This document shows, one piece after another, positions 47,601 through 57,332 of a stretch of DNA of 64,000 nt. Source of the stretch: an uncultured virus (IMG/VR IMGVR_UViG_3300042673_001922) (lineage: Duplodnaviria; Heunggongvirae; Uroviricota; Caudoviricetes); IMG/VR virus record IMGVR_UViG_3300042673_001922, positions 1 through 64,000 of that record; one strand, given 5' to 3'. Both the position numbers and the translations under genes were made by a program. The first letter of the stretch is position 1. The number at the start of each line of letters is the position of its first letter. The notes below the pieces were generated by a model that saw only the letters and a list, made by a program, of their open reading frames with translations, did not search any database and was not told the DNA's origin.

Positions 47601-49222
47601 ATTATACAGGAGTTTATAAGAGTTATATAAATTCAGGTTGGTACAGTCAAAACAGTGAAGATCATTATATATTTTCTAATCCAGTTACAGAAGAATTTTC
47701 TACTCCTGGTTTTAATTTAAATCTATCTAATGTAGCTAGACAAGGTGCTCCAATTATAGTCGAGAGACTCTTTGCCACTCCAACAATGCTATCAGAAGTG
47801 GCATTTTACAATGAGGCTACTCCAACTAGTGTTTCACTAATTAATAATGAAATAGTAAAAGCTAATTTTACGGATGATTTATACCTAGGTTATGAAAACG
47901 TTTATGACGTAAGGGTAGTGGATAGTATCACTGGCTACGAAATACTGCAAGCTGGATCTAGTTCTACAAGTAATGTAACAGTATTTAGTGGTGCTACTCC
48001 AGGAGTTATTGATAGGGATTACTCAGTAACTTATAGAGTAAAAGATACATACATTGTAGATAATGATCATTTTGACGCATTAAATCAAAAATATGTAACT
48101 CATTTAGATTTTGATGCTACTCCAAATTCATATTATGAATATAAAGTTACTTATGAAAATTCTATAGCTAGTCATGCAACTCCGATAACCCTTGAAATAG
48201 ACCCAATGAAACTTTGGGACACAGAAGGATTCATATACTTAAGCCACAACGACTATCAATTTGCAGACTTTGATTTAACTTTGAGTCCATCATACATTCT
48301 TGATAACTCAGATGAATACATGGTTTTAGTAGCTATATCTATAGATGAAAATGGAAATCCAAAACCATATCAAACTTTTACTGTATCTTCTGCAAATCTG
48401 CAGTCTGAATACGTCTACTATACAACTGATATAAACGGTTTTGCATCGGTTACGCTTTCTTATTCTGGGGCTATACCAGCTAATTTAACATCAGATACTA
48501 TAACAGTTTTAGGTGTTGTCAATGGTTCTGTGCAAGCTCATCCAAACTCTCAAACTGAAGGCTTCTCTGAAACATTAAATTATTCAATATCATCAATATA
48601 TGAAAAGGAAATTGAGCTAAAAGCTTTTCCTTCAAACAACGTATTTTATGCTGATGGCCTTACGAATAATTACATTACCGGAGTTGTTAGATCGCCTTTT
48701 GGTGATCCTCAGGTCAATAAAGTAGTTTACTGGAGAAAAGGTAGAACATTAAAAGATGTATTTGATGCAACCCCATATTCAAATTACGTAACAACTGATG
48801 AATATGGAATGTTTGAAGTAGGTCCAATTGTATCTATGGATAAATATAATCCCGGAATATGGATAACAGCTTTAGAGACTGAAAACGCAGCAACAGTAAA
48901 CTATAGTCCGAATACAGTGGCTGGAGATATAGTATATTGGTATGAGAAATATGATAACTTAAATTATAATTTTAGGGATGCTATATTATATAATCCAAAT
49001 GTACTATATGAAGAGGTAGAGGATATGTATTCTACTCCGTCTTTTACTACTAATTACCACGATGGAAGCTATGCTCCTACGTATGTAGCAACCCCAAATT
49101 GGATGCCACCAAAATGGTACCCAATGTCAAGAAAAACTCAGCATGACATAGGTCTTCTTGGCTCAACTCCTTATTACGTTGCAGATTATTATGAATTAAT
49201 GAATGAATATGAGGAAGATTAA
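44605..49222 (+). CDS. Large virion structural protein (about 1538 aa) rich in [AS]TP tripeptides, joined across a +1 shift at C45034
   Basis: ILSSK-[c]-GAFTESV... stays open for 84 codons into ORF 45287. Contains baseplate-like WFDEFASRVGIQRL...ESNDSLKKR and Ig-like C-terminal segments. Confidence 0.65.
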
Positions 49223-49224
49223 AA

Positions 49225-52200
49225 ATGAAAAAGTTTACCGATGCAACAGACTCAGGAAAAGAACCAGCAGTAAAAGTTGGAAATTATGTTCCAAGAGATG
49301 CTATTAACTTAGGCTGGTATACCTCAAAAGAAGTTTCTCCTGAAAATAATATTTCAATAGTAGATCTTTCTTCTTTAACTGCAGAAAATTTAAATGAATC
49401 AGATTCATTTTCTAAAATAATGTTTGCTAATGAGCTTGGAATATTAGAGGATTCTGATGGAAACCCATTTATTTCATCAGACGAAATAAGCGTTAGTGAC
49501 ATACTTCTTAATGAGCAGTTTTTTTCTGATAGATATGAAGAGTCAGATGTAAAAGAAAAAATTTATGCACACAGTTATTATGTAAGCAGATTCTTTACAC
49601 TGGTTAAAGCAAAATCTTACTATGATGTTTCTATATCTTCTTTCTCAAATCCTAGCTACATGCCAAAGTCTGTCAAAGTGTTAGACGAAAATGGAAACAT
49701 TTATTCAGATCCTGTAACAGGTAGATTAAAGTACAGAGTTTTAATAGAGTCATTTTTAACACAGGAAAATATTACAAACAATGAAATTCCCCATAGAATT
49801 GTTGTTCTTTTTGAAGATCAAAATCCAAAAAATTTAAAACTTTCATACGACAAAGTTGAAGTAAACGAAGAAGGATTCTGGTCAAATCAGATACTTGGAT
49901 ACACTGAATCAATAAATGTTCTTCCAGTTTTTAAAGAGATTCAAGAAGAAACAGAAGTCATTGACAGATCAAAAGTTGGAGAAAGAGTATTTTCTGTAAA
50001 AAGAAATACAAAAAAAAATTATATAGACAAAAACTACAGTGGTACAGATGATAATTATGTATTTGTTAATAGAAAAGCCCTAGATGACAATAGAACATTT
50101 GAAATATTTAACTGGAGAGTAGTTGCAAAAGTAAAAAACTCTATTAGTTTTAACACTGCATTCAATGGAAACTCCTCAAATCTATCTAGCGTACTTACTA
50201 AAACCGTAAAAGCAGGAGTTTTATACTCTAAAAGCCAAGGAAAAGACCTCTCTAAAATATCTCCATACGTATTAGCTAACCTAGAAAATTCTCCATTTAA
50301 TTTATCTTCTTTTGAAATAATCAATCCAACAAGTGAAATTGCTGATAAGAGTCAGGCAGATTATTGGTTGGTTGATATCGATCAGATTGATGATTTATCC
50401 GAGTATGATTTTTTAGTATGCTCTTTACATTGGACGCTTACTGATAGTCATGGAGATAAACTAAAAGGTTTTATAGATAATGCTGGAACTCTTTTATTAG
50501 ACTTAATCAACGCTCCCACAAATGCGTTGTCAACATTGGATTCAAATCTAAAAGTAAAACCAGAGGAATTAACTATACAATCCTTAAGTTCAGATACCTA
50601 CAATACTGATAATCTATTTTTAGATTCTTCAAAAAATAACGCTTGGAGCATTAATGCTTTGGAATTTGCATCTAATTCTGGAATATATGGATCTGGGCAG
50701 ACCGTTATTGGAACTGCAAAAAGGTACAATTACTTTCTTAATGAAACTAACGGAATTGAAAATATCTTATCAAGAGATGGTAAAATAATATTTGCAAATA
50801 TAAGATCTACAAAAAAAACAGATAGATTATTATCTGGAAATATTGTTGCATCTACAACTGGATTTTTAAAATATTGCAATGACATATACTCTGGGTCAAC
50901 ATTAGTTGCAACCGCAAATAATGGATCAGTAAACATTGGCAGTGGTTCAACCACAGTATTTTCTAATTTCGTTGAAGGACCGTACAAGTTTTTATACAAC
51001 TGTATTGCAGTTGCATTGAACGACAAATTAGAGTCTACTAGAAGAAAAAAAGATATAAGGTCAAGCGTACATGTATTTTCAGGTTCATGGAATAATGATT
51101 GGGTAATCAATCCAGATGCAGCCTATGACGACGAGAAACAAAAATATTTTAAACAAGTTGTTGTTGATAATCAGCAAAAGTATGTAAGAGATATTCTACC
51201 TAGCCCAATACTAAAATATATTAAAGAATTTTCAGGCGCTAATCCTTCTGTTAATAACGTATTCTTAGATCAAGATGATTCAAATATAGAATTATATATT
51301 GAATATACAAATCCAAGCATCTTATGGACAAATACATTATCAGTAACAGCAACAGAAAAATCCGAACTTTCATCAACATATGAATTAGTTAAGGTGAATA
51401 ATAAAAAAATATCGTGCGATGTATATACTAATAATGTATCGGAGCAGTTCTTTATTCCTTCTTCTTTTGGTCCATACGTTGTTAGGGATAAAGTAATACC
51501 TTCAAAAAAATCAGATTTAAAAACACTTCCAGTTGTTTCCCCAAAAACATATCCAGTTGAATTTGAAGTAGTACATTCTTCTATCTCTTCAGAAGAAAAA
51601 TCAAAAGATTTAGATGCTAATATACAAATACAGGCAAATGTAAACTTTATACAAAAACACACATTTGCAGTTGCAACAAAAACAAAATTAGTAAGAGCTG
51701 CTGGCAGCAGACCAGAAGAATCTGTTGCAGGAGTAGAAAGACCGTATTTTCCATCTTCTGCTGAGTCATCTCAGGGTAAAAGTAAATATTCTAAAATAGA
51801 ACCACTTCTTGCTAATAGTGTAAGTGATTTATTTAACGCCTTTCAATATACTTATGATATAGATAATGGAAATACTTGGGATGAATATTTTCAACATAAA
51901 CCTAATATGTCTGATACATACATTAGATACATACAATTGACATTAACAGCTGCTGGATATAATACAACACCCGATGGAAAGTTTGGATCATCAACCACTT
52001 CTAAACTTAAAGCATTTCAAAAAAATAGAGGATTAAAACAAGATGGAATTGTAGACTCTCAGACAAAAAGCCATCTAGCAAATGTTTGGATTGATATGAG
52101 TGAAGGAGTGCGATCTCAATACGTAGATCAAATTAATAATGGCAAATATGGAAGTGTAAATATTGACAGATACGTCAGAGGTGCAATTAGATCTAGAAAT

Positions 52201-54732
52201 GCAGTAGAAGGCCTGGTTAGCAAAGAAGGATTTAGGTTAATTAACTTTACTGGAATATCAGACGCTAACAGGGATCCAGACACCTTAAGAGTATGGATTG
52301 GCTTTCAGCTTCCAAATGACTCAGATATAGATTATTTAAAATCTGTTGTTGTAGCAGGAGATGATTTTGGTACAACGGCAACTGCAAAATCCCCTAATTA
52401 TAAAGGTTTTAAAATTATAGATGTAAATATAACAGATGAGTATAGGTTTAGAATTATTGGCAATCAGTACGCTACAAAGAATTTTTCTAAAAATCATACA
52501 ATTAGTTTTGCAGAAGTAGACGGAAGAAACATGAAAGGTAAATACATTTCCATACTTCTTGAAGGTTCAAAACTCGGTGGAGACTTTGGATCAACTGCAG
52601 AGGGAATACATGTAGCTCATGCATTTTGTACTTTTCAAACAAAAAAGGTAGTAACAAAACAAGCTTCTTCATGGGGGGATGAATATGACTGGGAAACAAA
52701 TTATTATCCAAAAGAAAAATTAGTTTCTGGCATAGTGTCTATGACAATTCCAAAAACAAAAATTTCTTTTACACAACAAAGTTTTTCAGTCGACGCAGGT
52801 CTAATTGCAGCAAATGCAAGATTAAATTCAATAACACTTCATCAATTAGATAATGATAAATTTTCTAATAGCACAATTACATATTCGGGATTAAACATTC
52901 CCCTTGATAATAATAAGTATAAACCAAATATTAATAGGGCTGAAGAAGTTGATATTAAAAACTTAAAACAAGATTCTATAAGTGTTACTTCGGCAATAGT
53001 TTCCCCAAATTCAGTAAAAAAACATGGAACTTCTACACCAGTGCCAGATGCTTTTCTAAGTTTATCAAGGACTAATAACGACATTAGACTTACGTGTAAC
53101 GTCTCAGAGTATACCAAAGAAGTCTATAAGAAAACTGAAAATATTGTTGATTATTCTATAACAGATCCAAATTTAAGCTCAATAAAACCAGGAAAAAATT
53201 CATTTAATTACTATGACGGCGTTAGTCTCCTATGTAAAGTTGTCCTGGGTAAGCCAGTTCCAATTCCAATCAACCTTGCAGAAATATCTAACAATACCCC
53301 TCCTGACAGAGATGTGTATTATTCAGATATAGAGGTATCCAATAAGCTACCTCAACAAGACGGTCTTCTGTATGGATTCTATAATATTGCAACAAAAGAG
53401 TTCATTGGTAAAAAAATATCGTATTTAAAGTTTATCAAAAGTGGACCGGATAATATATACATCGGTGTATATGCGTATGACTATGATGGCAATCTTGAAT
53501 CTCAAACAGAATTTACCGGCTCTGCAAACGGAGACTCGTTTAATCCAGTAAACATACCAACCAAGATGGCTTATCCTATTTATAGTGTTAAAACAAAAAA
53601 GAAAAATAAAATACAAATTGTCAACATGCCTCCAAATCTGCGAAAAACAGAAGTCTGGCCCTTGTATATAACTTCAGGATCTTTTTCTAAAGATGTTGAT
53701 ATTTCATTTAAAAAAGCTTCAGGATTTTTATCTCAGTATAATAATCAAAAACTAACTGCTATTTACGATACATCAAGCATTAAAAACGTTGCTTGGTCAA
53801 GGGTTTTTGGTAGAGGTTATTATGATGTCATAGGAGAGACTCCAATAATAAATGACTCTAGGTCAATTAAATTAAGAAGAACTCCTATAGTTACTGTTCA
53901 GGAAGCTTCTTCTGATCTTTTTAGATTTGCTAGTCAGTTTAAAAATATAGTTAAAATTTATACAAAAGAATCTATATCAAGTCCATGGCAAGAAATTCCA
54001 GAAAGTTCTATAAAAAACATAGATACACATAATGGAATAATTGAATTTATTAATCCAATCATTCCTACTAATGAATCTTTAATTAAAGTTGACTACACTG
54101 TTACGAACAAAGATATTTCAGTTATTCAATGCAATGGTGTTCCAATACCAACTAATCCCTTTTTAAATAAAAATACTGTAAAAATAAATAAACCATTATA
54201 TATTTACATTAAACCAAAAGAAATATATAAGTATGAAACACCAATATATAAAGAGGGAGAAGTAGGAATACAAGCTCTCAGAAAAGTTTTAGTAGATGAT
54301 TATAATGTTGACTCAGTTTTAAATTTTACATACAATAACAACATCTTTAATAAAAACGATGAGTCTACCTATGACCCATTTGCCGTGTTGCTAGGTATAG
54401 TCTATGTGCTGAATAATTTTAACGATGAAAATTTTGATTACAAAGATCTAAGAGTAAAAGGTGGTGGAATCTCAGCAAACTTTACTACCAATTCAGTTGT
54501 TGATGACATTAATCAAGCTATATCTTACTGGGATATATATCCAGCTTTAGGTGAGGCTTATCCAAAGGGTGGATATGTTATAATTAAACTACCTGCTTTG
54601 ATCAAGAAAAACTTCTTGAACCATGAAGAGGTTTACGACATAGTGAGAAGGAATATAACTGCTGGAGTTGTATTCGAACTACAAGACATGGATGGAAAAG
54701 ATTGGAGTAGCAGTGTTACAGCATCTTCCTGA
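49225..54732 (+). CDS. Large virion structural protein (1835 aa) with internal peptidoglycan-binding domain
   Basis: IRYIQLTLTAAGY...DGKFGSSTTSKLKAFQKNRGLKQDGIVDSQT is a PG_binding_1-type signature (about 51920-52080). Confidence 0.7.
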   Translation: MKKFTDATDSGKEPAVKVGNYVPRDAINLGWYTSKEVSPENNISIVDLSSLTAENLNESDSFSKIMFANELGILEDSDGNPFISSDEISVSDILLNEQFFSDRYEESDVKEKIYAHSYYVSRFFTLVKAKSYYDVSISSFSNPSYMPKSVKVLDENGNIYSDPVTGRLKYRVLIESFLTQENITNNEIPHRIVVLFEDQNPKNLKLSYDKVEVNEEGFWSNQILGYTESINVLPVFKEIQEETEVIDRSKVGERVFSVKRNTKKNYIDKNYSGTDDNYVFVNRKALDDNRTFEIFNWRVVAKVKNSISFNTAFNGNSSNLSSVLTKTVKAGVLYSKSQGKDLSKISPYVLANLENSPFNLSSFEIINPTSEIADKSQADYWLVDIDQIDDLSEYDFLVCSLHWTLTDSHGDKLKGFIDNAGTLLLDLINAPTNALSTLDSNLKVKPEELTIQSLSSDTYNTDNLFLDSSKNNAWSINALEFASNSGIYGSGQTVIGTAKRYNYFLNETNGIENILSRDGKIIFANIRSTKKTDRLLSGNIVASTTGFLKYCNDIYSGSTLVATANNGSVNIGSGSTTVFSNFVEGPYKFLYNCIAVALNDKLESTRRKKDIRSSVHVFSGSWNNDWVINPDAAYDDEKQKYFKQVVVDNQQKYVRDILPSPILKYIKEFSGANPSVNNVFLDQDDSNIELYIEYTNPSILWTNTLSVTATEKSELSSTYELVKVNNKKISCDVYTNNVSEQFFIPSSFGPYVVRDKVIPSKKSDLKTLPVVSPKTYPVEFEVVHSSISSEEKSKDLDANIQIQANVNFIQKHTFAVATKTKLVRAAGSRPEESVAGVERPYFPSSAESSQGKSKYSKIEPLLANSVSDLFNAFQYTYDIDNGNTWDEYFQHKPNMSDTYIRYIQLTLTAAGYNTTPDGKFGSSTTSKLKAFQKNRGLKQDGIVDSQTKSHLANVWIDMSEGVRSQYVDQINNGKYGSVNIDRYVRGAIRSRNAVEGLVSKEGFRLINFTGISDANRDPDTLRVWIGFQLPNDSDIDYLKSVVVAGDDFGTTATAKSPNYKGFKIIDVNITDEYRFRIIGNQYATKNFSKNHTISFAEVDGRNMKGKYISILLEGSKLGGDFGSTAEGIHVAHAFCTFQTKKVVTKQASSWGDEYDWETNYYPKEKLVSGIVSMTIPKTKISFTQQSFSVDAGLIAANARLNSITLHQLDNDKFSNSTITYSGLNIPLDNNKYKPNINRAEEVDIKNLKQDSISVTSAIVSPNSVKKHGTSTPVPDAFLSLSRTNNDIRLTCNVSEYTKEVYKKTENIVDYSITDPNLSSIKPGKNSFNYYDGVSLLCKVVLGKPVPIPINLAEISNNTPPDRDVYYSDIEVSNKLPQQDGLLYGFYNIATKEFIGKKISYLKFIKSGPDNIYIGVYAYDYDGNLESQTEFTGSANGDSFNPVNIPTKMAYPIYSVKTKKKNKIQIVNMPPNLRKTEVWPLYITSGSFSKDVDISFKKASGFLSQYNNQKLTAIYDTSSIKNVAWSRVFGRGYYDVIGETPIINDSRSIKLRRTPIVTVQEASSDLFRFASQFKNIVKIYTKESISSPWQEIPESSIKNIDTHNGIIEFINPIIPTNESLIKVDYTVTNKDISVIQCNGVPIPTNPFLNKNTVKINKPLYIYIKPKEIYKYETPIYKEGEVGIQALRKVLVDDYNVDSVLNFTYNNNIFNKNDESTYDPFAVLLGIVYVLNNFNDENFDYKDLRVKGGGISANFTTNSVVDDINQAISYWDIYPALGEAYPKGGYVIIKLPALIKKNFLNHEEVYDIVRRNITAGVVFELQDMDGKDWSSSVTASS

Positions 54733-57331
54733 AACGATACAAACTTTTTCTAGTCAAAGTAGAAAAACAGTAAGCTCTTTAATGCAAAATATTAAAGCTG
54801 ATAAGGCTCAGGTATCTTCTTTAATTGAGAATATTAGAAACTTTGATGCAAGCATAAACTACAGCCCTTCTTTAGCTTTAAGGTATTCTAGACTTGACAT
54901 AGAAGGTATTATAGAATTTTTTAGAGACTCTTCATTAAGAATGAATCAATTTTTTTCCGCTTCTTCAGCTTTGTCTGTTGCATTAAATTCAATAGCATCT
55001 ATCTACTCATCTGAAATAGAAAAAATAGAAAAAGATATATTTCATTTAGAGAACTTTGTTAGTAACTATCAATTTATAGTTGGAGAAGATGATCTATTTA
55101 ATTTTAACTATGTAGAAAATTTTGATAATAATCTATCTTCATATTTATATGATAGTCAAACTATCACTCTTTTTGACAGAGACAATATAAATTTTAATTC
55201 CAATGGAAATTATTACATTGATCCAGTCTTAAGTAAGATGACTATTGCAAATGGAATTAATTTTAAAAACCAACTTCTTAACATAGATAGAATTAGCTCA
55301 ACAAGCAACTATACGTCTTACTTAACTACAGATTCTAATTTTCGTTCAGTATTAGATGAGGATCCGGCAAATAATTGGACAGTAACTGTTAAGTCACCAT
55401 TTCTAATTAACTCAGAACTACCCGAATCAACGTCTTATGTTAAATATAATTCTTCTTATGACAAAGGTGCTCAGTCATTTTTTGAAATTTCATTTATTAA
55501 TCCTGTAGAAATGGATACAATAAGAGTTAATCCTAATGATTGTATTGGTATGCAATTACTTCAAGTTATAATTACAAAAACTGATCCAGTTATTTCTCAA
55601 CTTACAACCTCAACTCAAGGTGAATATGTTGAAGTTCCAGTTTTAAACTCACCACTTTTAATAGATAAATCAGTAGACGTTGTATTCAATAAGGCTAAAG
55701 TATCAAAAATTAAATTTATATTTAATCAGTCTAAATATTATAGAAGCGAAAATGTACCGATTACTCAAGAATTAAATTCTAAAATACTTCATGAGATTAT
55801 AGATAGAAGAAGAAAAGAAAAATCAAATAGTCCAAGTAGACTTCAAGATCTTGTTTATTTCTATTTTAAAAATGCAAATAGTATTGAAAATAATAAGAAT
55901 AATAAAAAAACTTACACAGAAGTATATTCATATAGGTACCCTCTTTTAGAAGAAGGTTATTCTGATGGAGTAAATGAAAAGTTATCAGAATTAACTGAGT
56001 CAGAAATCTTAACAAGATCAAGAGAAATTGTAGATTCAAAGAATATAAACGCAATTGAAAACATCGTTCAAACCATCGTTCAGTATGTAATAGGTTCAAG
56101 GAATAACTTATTTAACACCACTGTGTATAGAACGGGTAGGCCGGGAACTACCGGTAATAGAATGGCTTCATTAAGAAGTGATGGATTTATTCCTGTTAAA
56201 GATGAGCTTGATAACTTTGATAATTCATTTCAAAAAGAAGACCCTATAGCATCAGGGGTTTCTGTTGATAGTGTGACTAGATATTTGTCTAGCAGAGAAG
56301 ATTCAAATTCATATGAATATACTTTCTCTATTAAAAATATATTATTTGGCCTGACTCAAACATCAACACAAAATAAAGCTTGTTTTGTTTCAAGCAAAAT
56401 AGAGACTAATGGATTCCCATTAGGCGTAAAAGGCATAGTCAATAAAGTAAATGCTAGAAGAGATTTAACTTTCAATAATTATGACATTAAAGAGTCCGGG
56501 TCATATGAACTTAGTGTTACATATCAAGATTCAATAAAATCTGAAAGTGATTGGATACCATTATTTGCTGGAAATTCAAACTATATTGAATCTGAAGTTA
56601 TATTTTTTGATACATTTAACCTAGCAAAATTAAGATTTGTTCCTCAAGAACCAACAATAAAAGTTTATAAAAACGGAATTTTAGAAAACCCTAATAATTG
56701 GCAATATGAAGAACTTGGAAATTCAATATTTTACAAGTCTACTTTAGACAGAACCGCAATTTATGTAGTGGACTACTTTCTTAATAATACTGAATATAGT
56801 CAGTCTATTATTGATATAGATTCTTTGTCTAATTCTAATTTTGCAGTTAGAGCTTTTTCTAGTGGGGGTAACTCTGGTGAGAAATTTATTTCTACTGGAC
56901 CAGGAAATAAAATACCACTTTCTTTTATTCCATACATTGAAGATAGGTTTAACGGTGCTTATTATAGTGAAACTCATGGTACTATAAATACGGAAAGTAA
57001 CATAGGGTATTCTCCAGTTACCGTTACGCTAGCAGATGGTCAAGTAGCGATTAACTTGACAAATTATACAAATAATAGTTTTTTAAAATCATCTTTTTAT
57101 AATACTAGTCAATATTTGTTTTTTCAAAACGGAAAAGAAATAGTATTTAATAGACCAATTAACCAAGTCTTTACAGTTAATTACAGTTATATACCATCTT
57201 CGCTTAGGTTTAGATTGATACTAAGAAATAATATACCTGGTCAATACAATGGAATATCTATTGATAATGTTATAATTAAATCTAAAGTAAACAACCTAGA
57301 TCCATTTTCAAAAAAATTATTAAGGTTATAA
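54713..57331 (+). CDS. Virion structural protein (baseplate/fibre-associated, paralogous family)
   Basis: Long ORF with probable GTG start 54713 after GGAG; helical N-terminus followed by beta-rich domains. Confidence 0.55.
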   Translation: MLQHLPETIQTFSSQSRKTVSSLMQNIKADKAQVSSLIENIRNFDASINYSPSLALRYSRLDIEGIIEFFRDSSLRMNQFFSASSALSVALNSIASIYSSEIEKIEKDIFHLENFVSNYQFIVGEDDLFNFNYVENFDNNLSSYLYDSQTITLFDRDNINFNSNGNYYIDPVLSKMTIANGINFKNQLLNIDRISSTSNYTSYLTTDSNFRSVLDEDPANNWTVTVKSPFLINSELPESTSYVKYNSSYDKGAQSFFEISFINPVEMDTIRVNPNDCIGMQLLQVIITKTDPVISQLTTSTQGEYVEVPVLNSPLLIDKSVDVVFNKAKVSKIKFIFNQSKYYRSENVPITQELNSKILHEIIDRRRKEKSNSPSRLQDLVYFYFKNANSIENNKNNKKTYTEVYSYRYPLLEEGYSDGVNEKLSELTESEILTRSREIVDSKNINAIENIVQTIVQYVIGSRNNLFNTTVYRTGRPGTTGNRMASLRSDGFIPVKDELDNFDNSFQKEDPIASGVSVDSVTRYLSSREDSNSYEYTFSIKNILFGLTQTSTQNKACFVSSKIETNGFPLGVKGIVNKVNARRDLTFNNYDIKESGSYELSVTYQDSIKSESDWIPLFAGNSNYIESEVIFFDTFNLAKLRFVPQEPTIKVYKNGILENPNNWQYEELGNSIFYKSTLDRTAIYVVDYFLNNTEYSQSIIDIDSLSNSNFAVRAFSSGGNSGEKFISTGPGNKIPLSFIPYIEDRFNGAYYSETHGTINTESNIGYSPVTVTLADGQVAINLTNYTNNSFLKSSFYNTSQYLFFQNGKEIVFNRPINQVFTVNYSYIPSSLRFRLILRNNIPGQYNGISIDNVIIKSKVNNLDPFSKKLLRL

Positions 57332-57332
57332 T

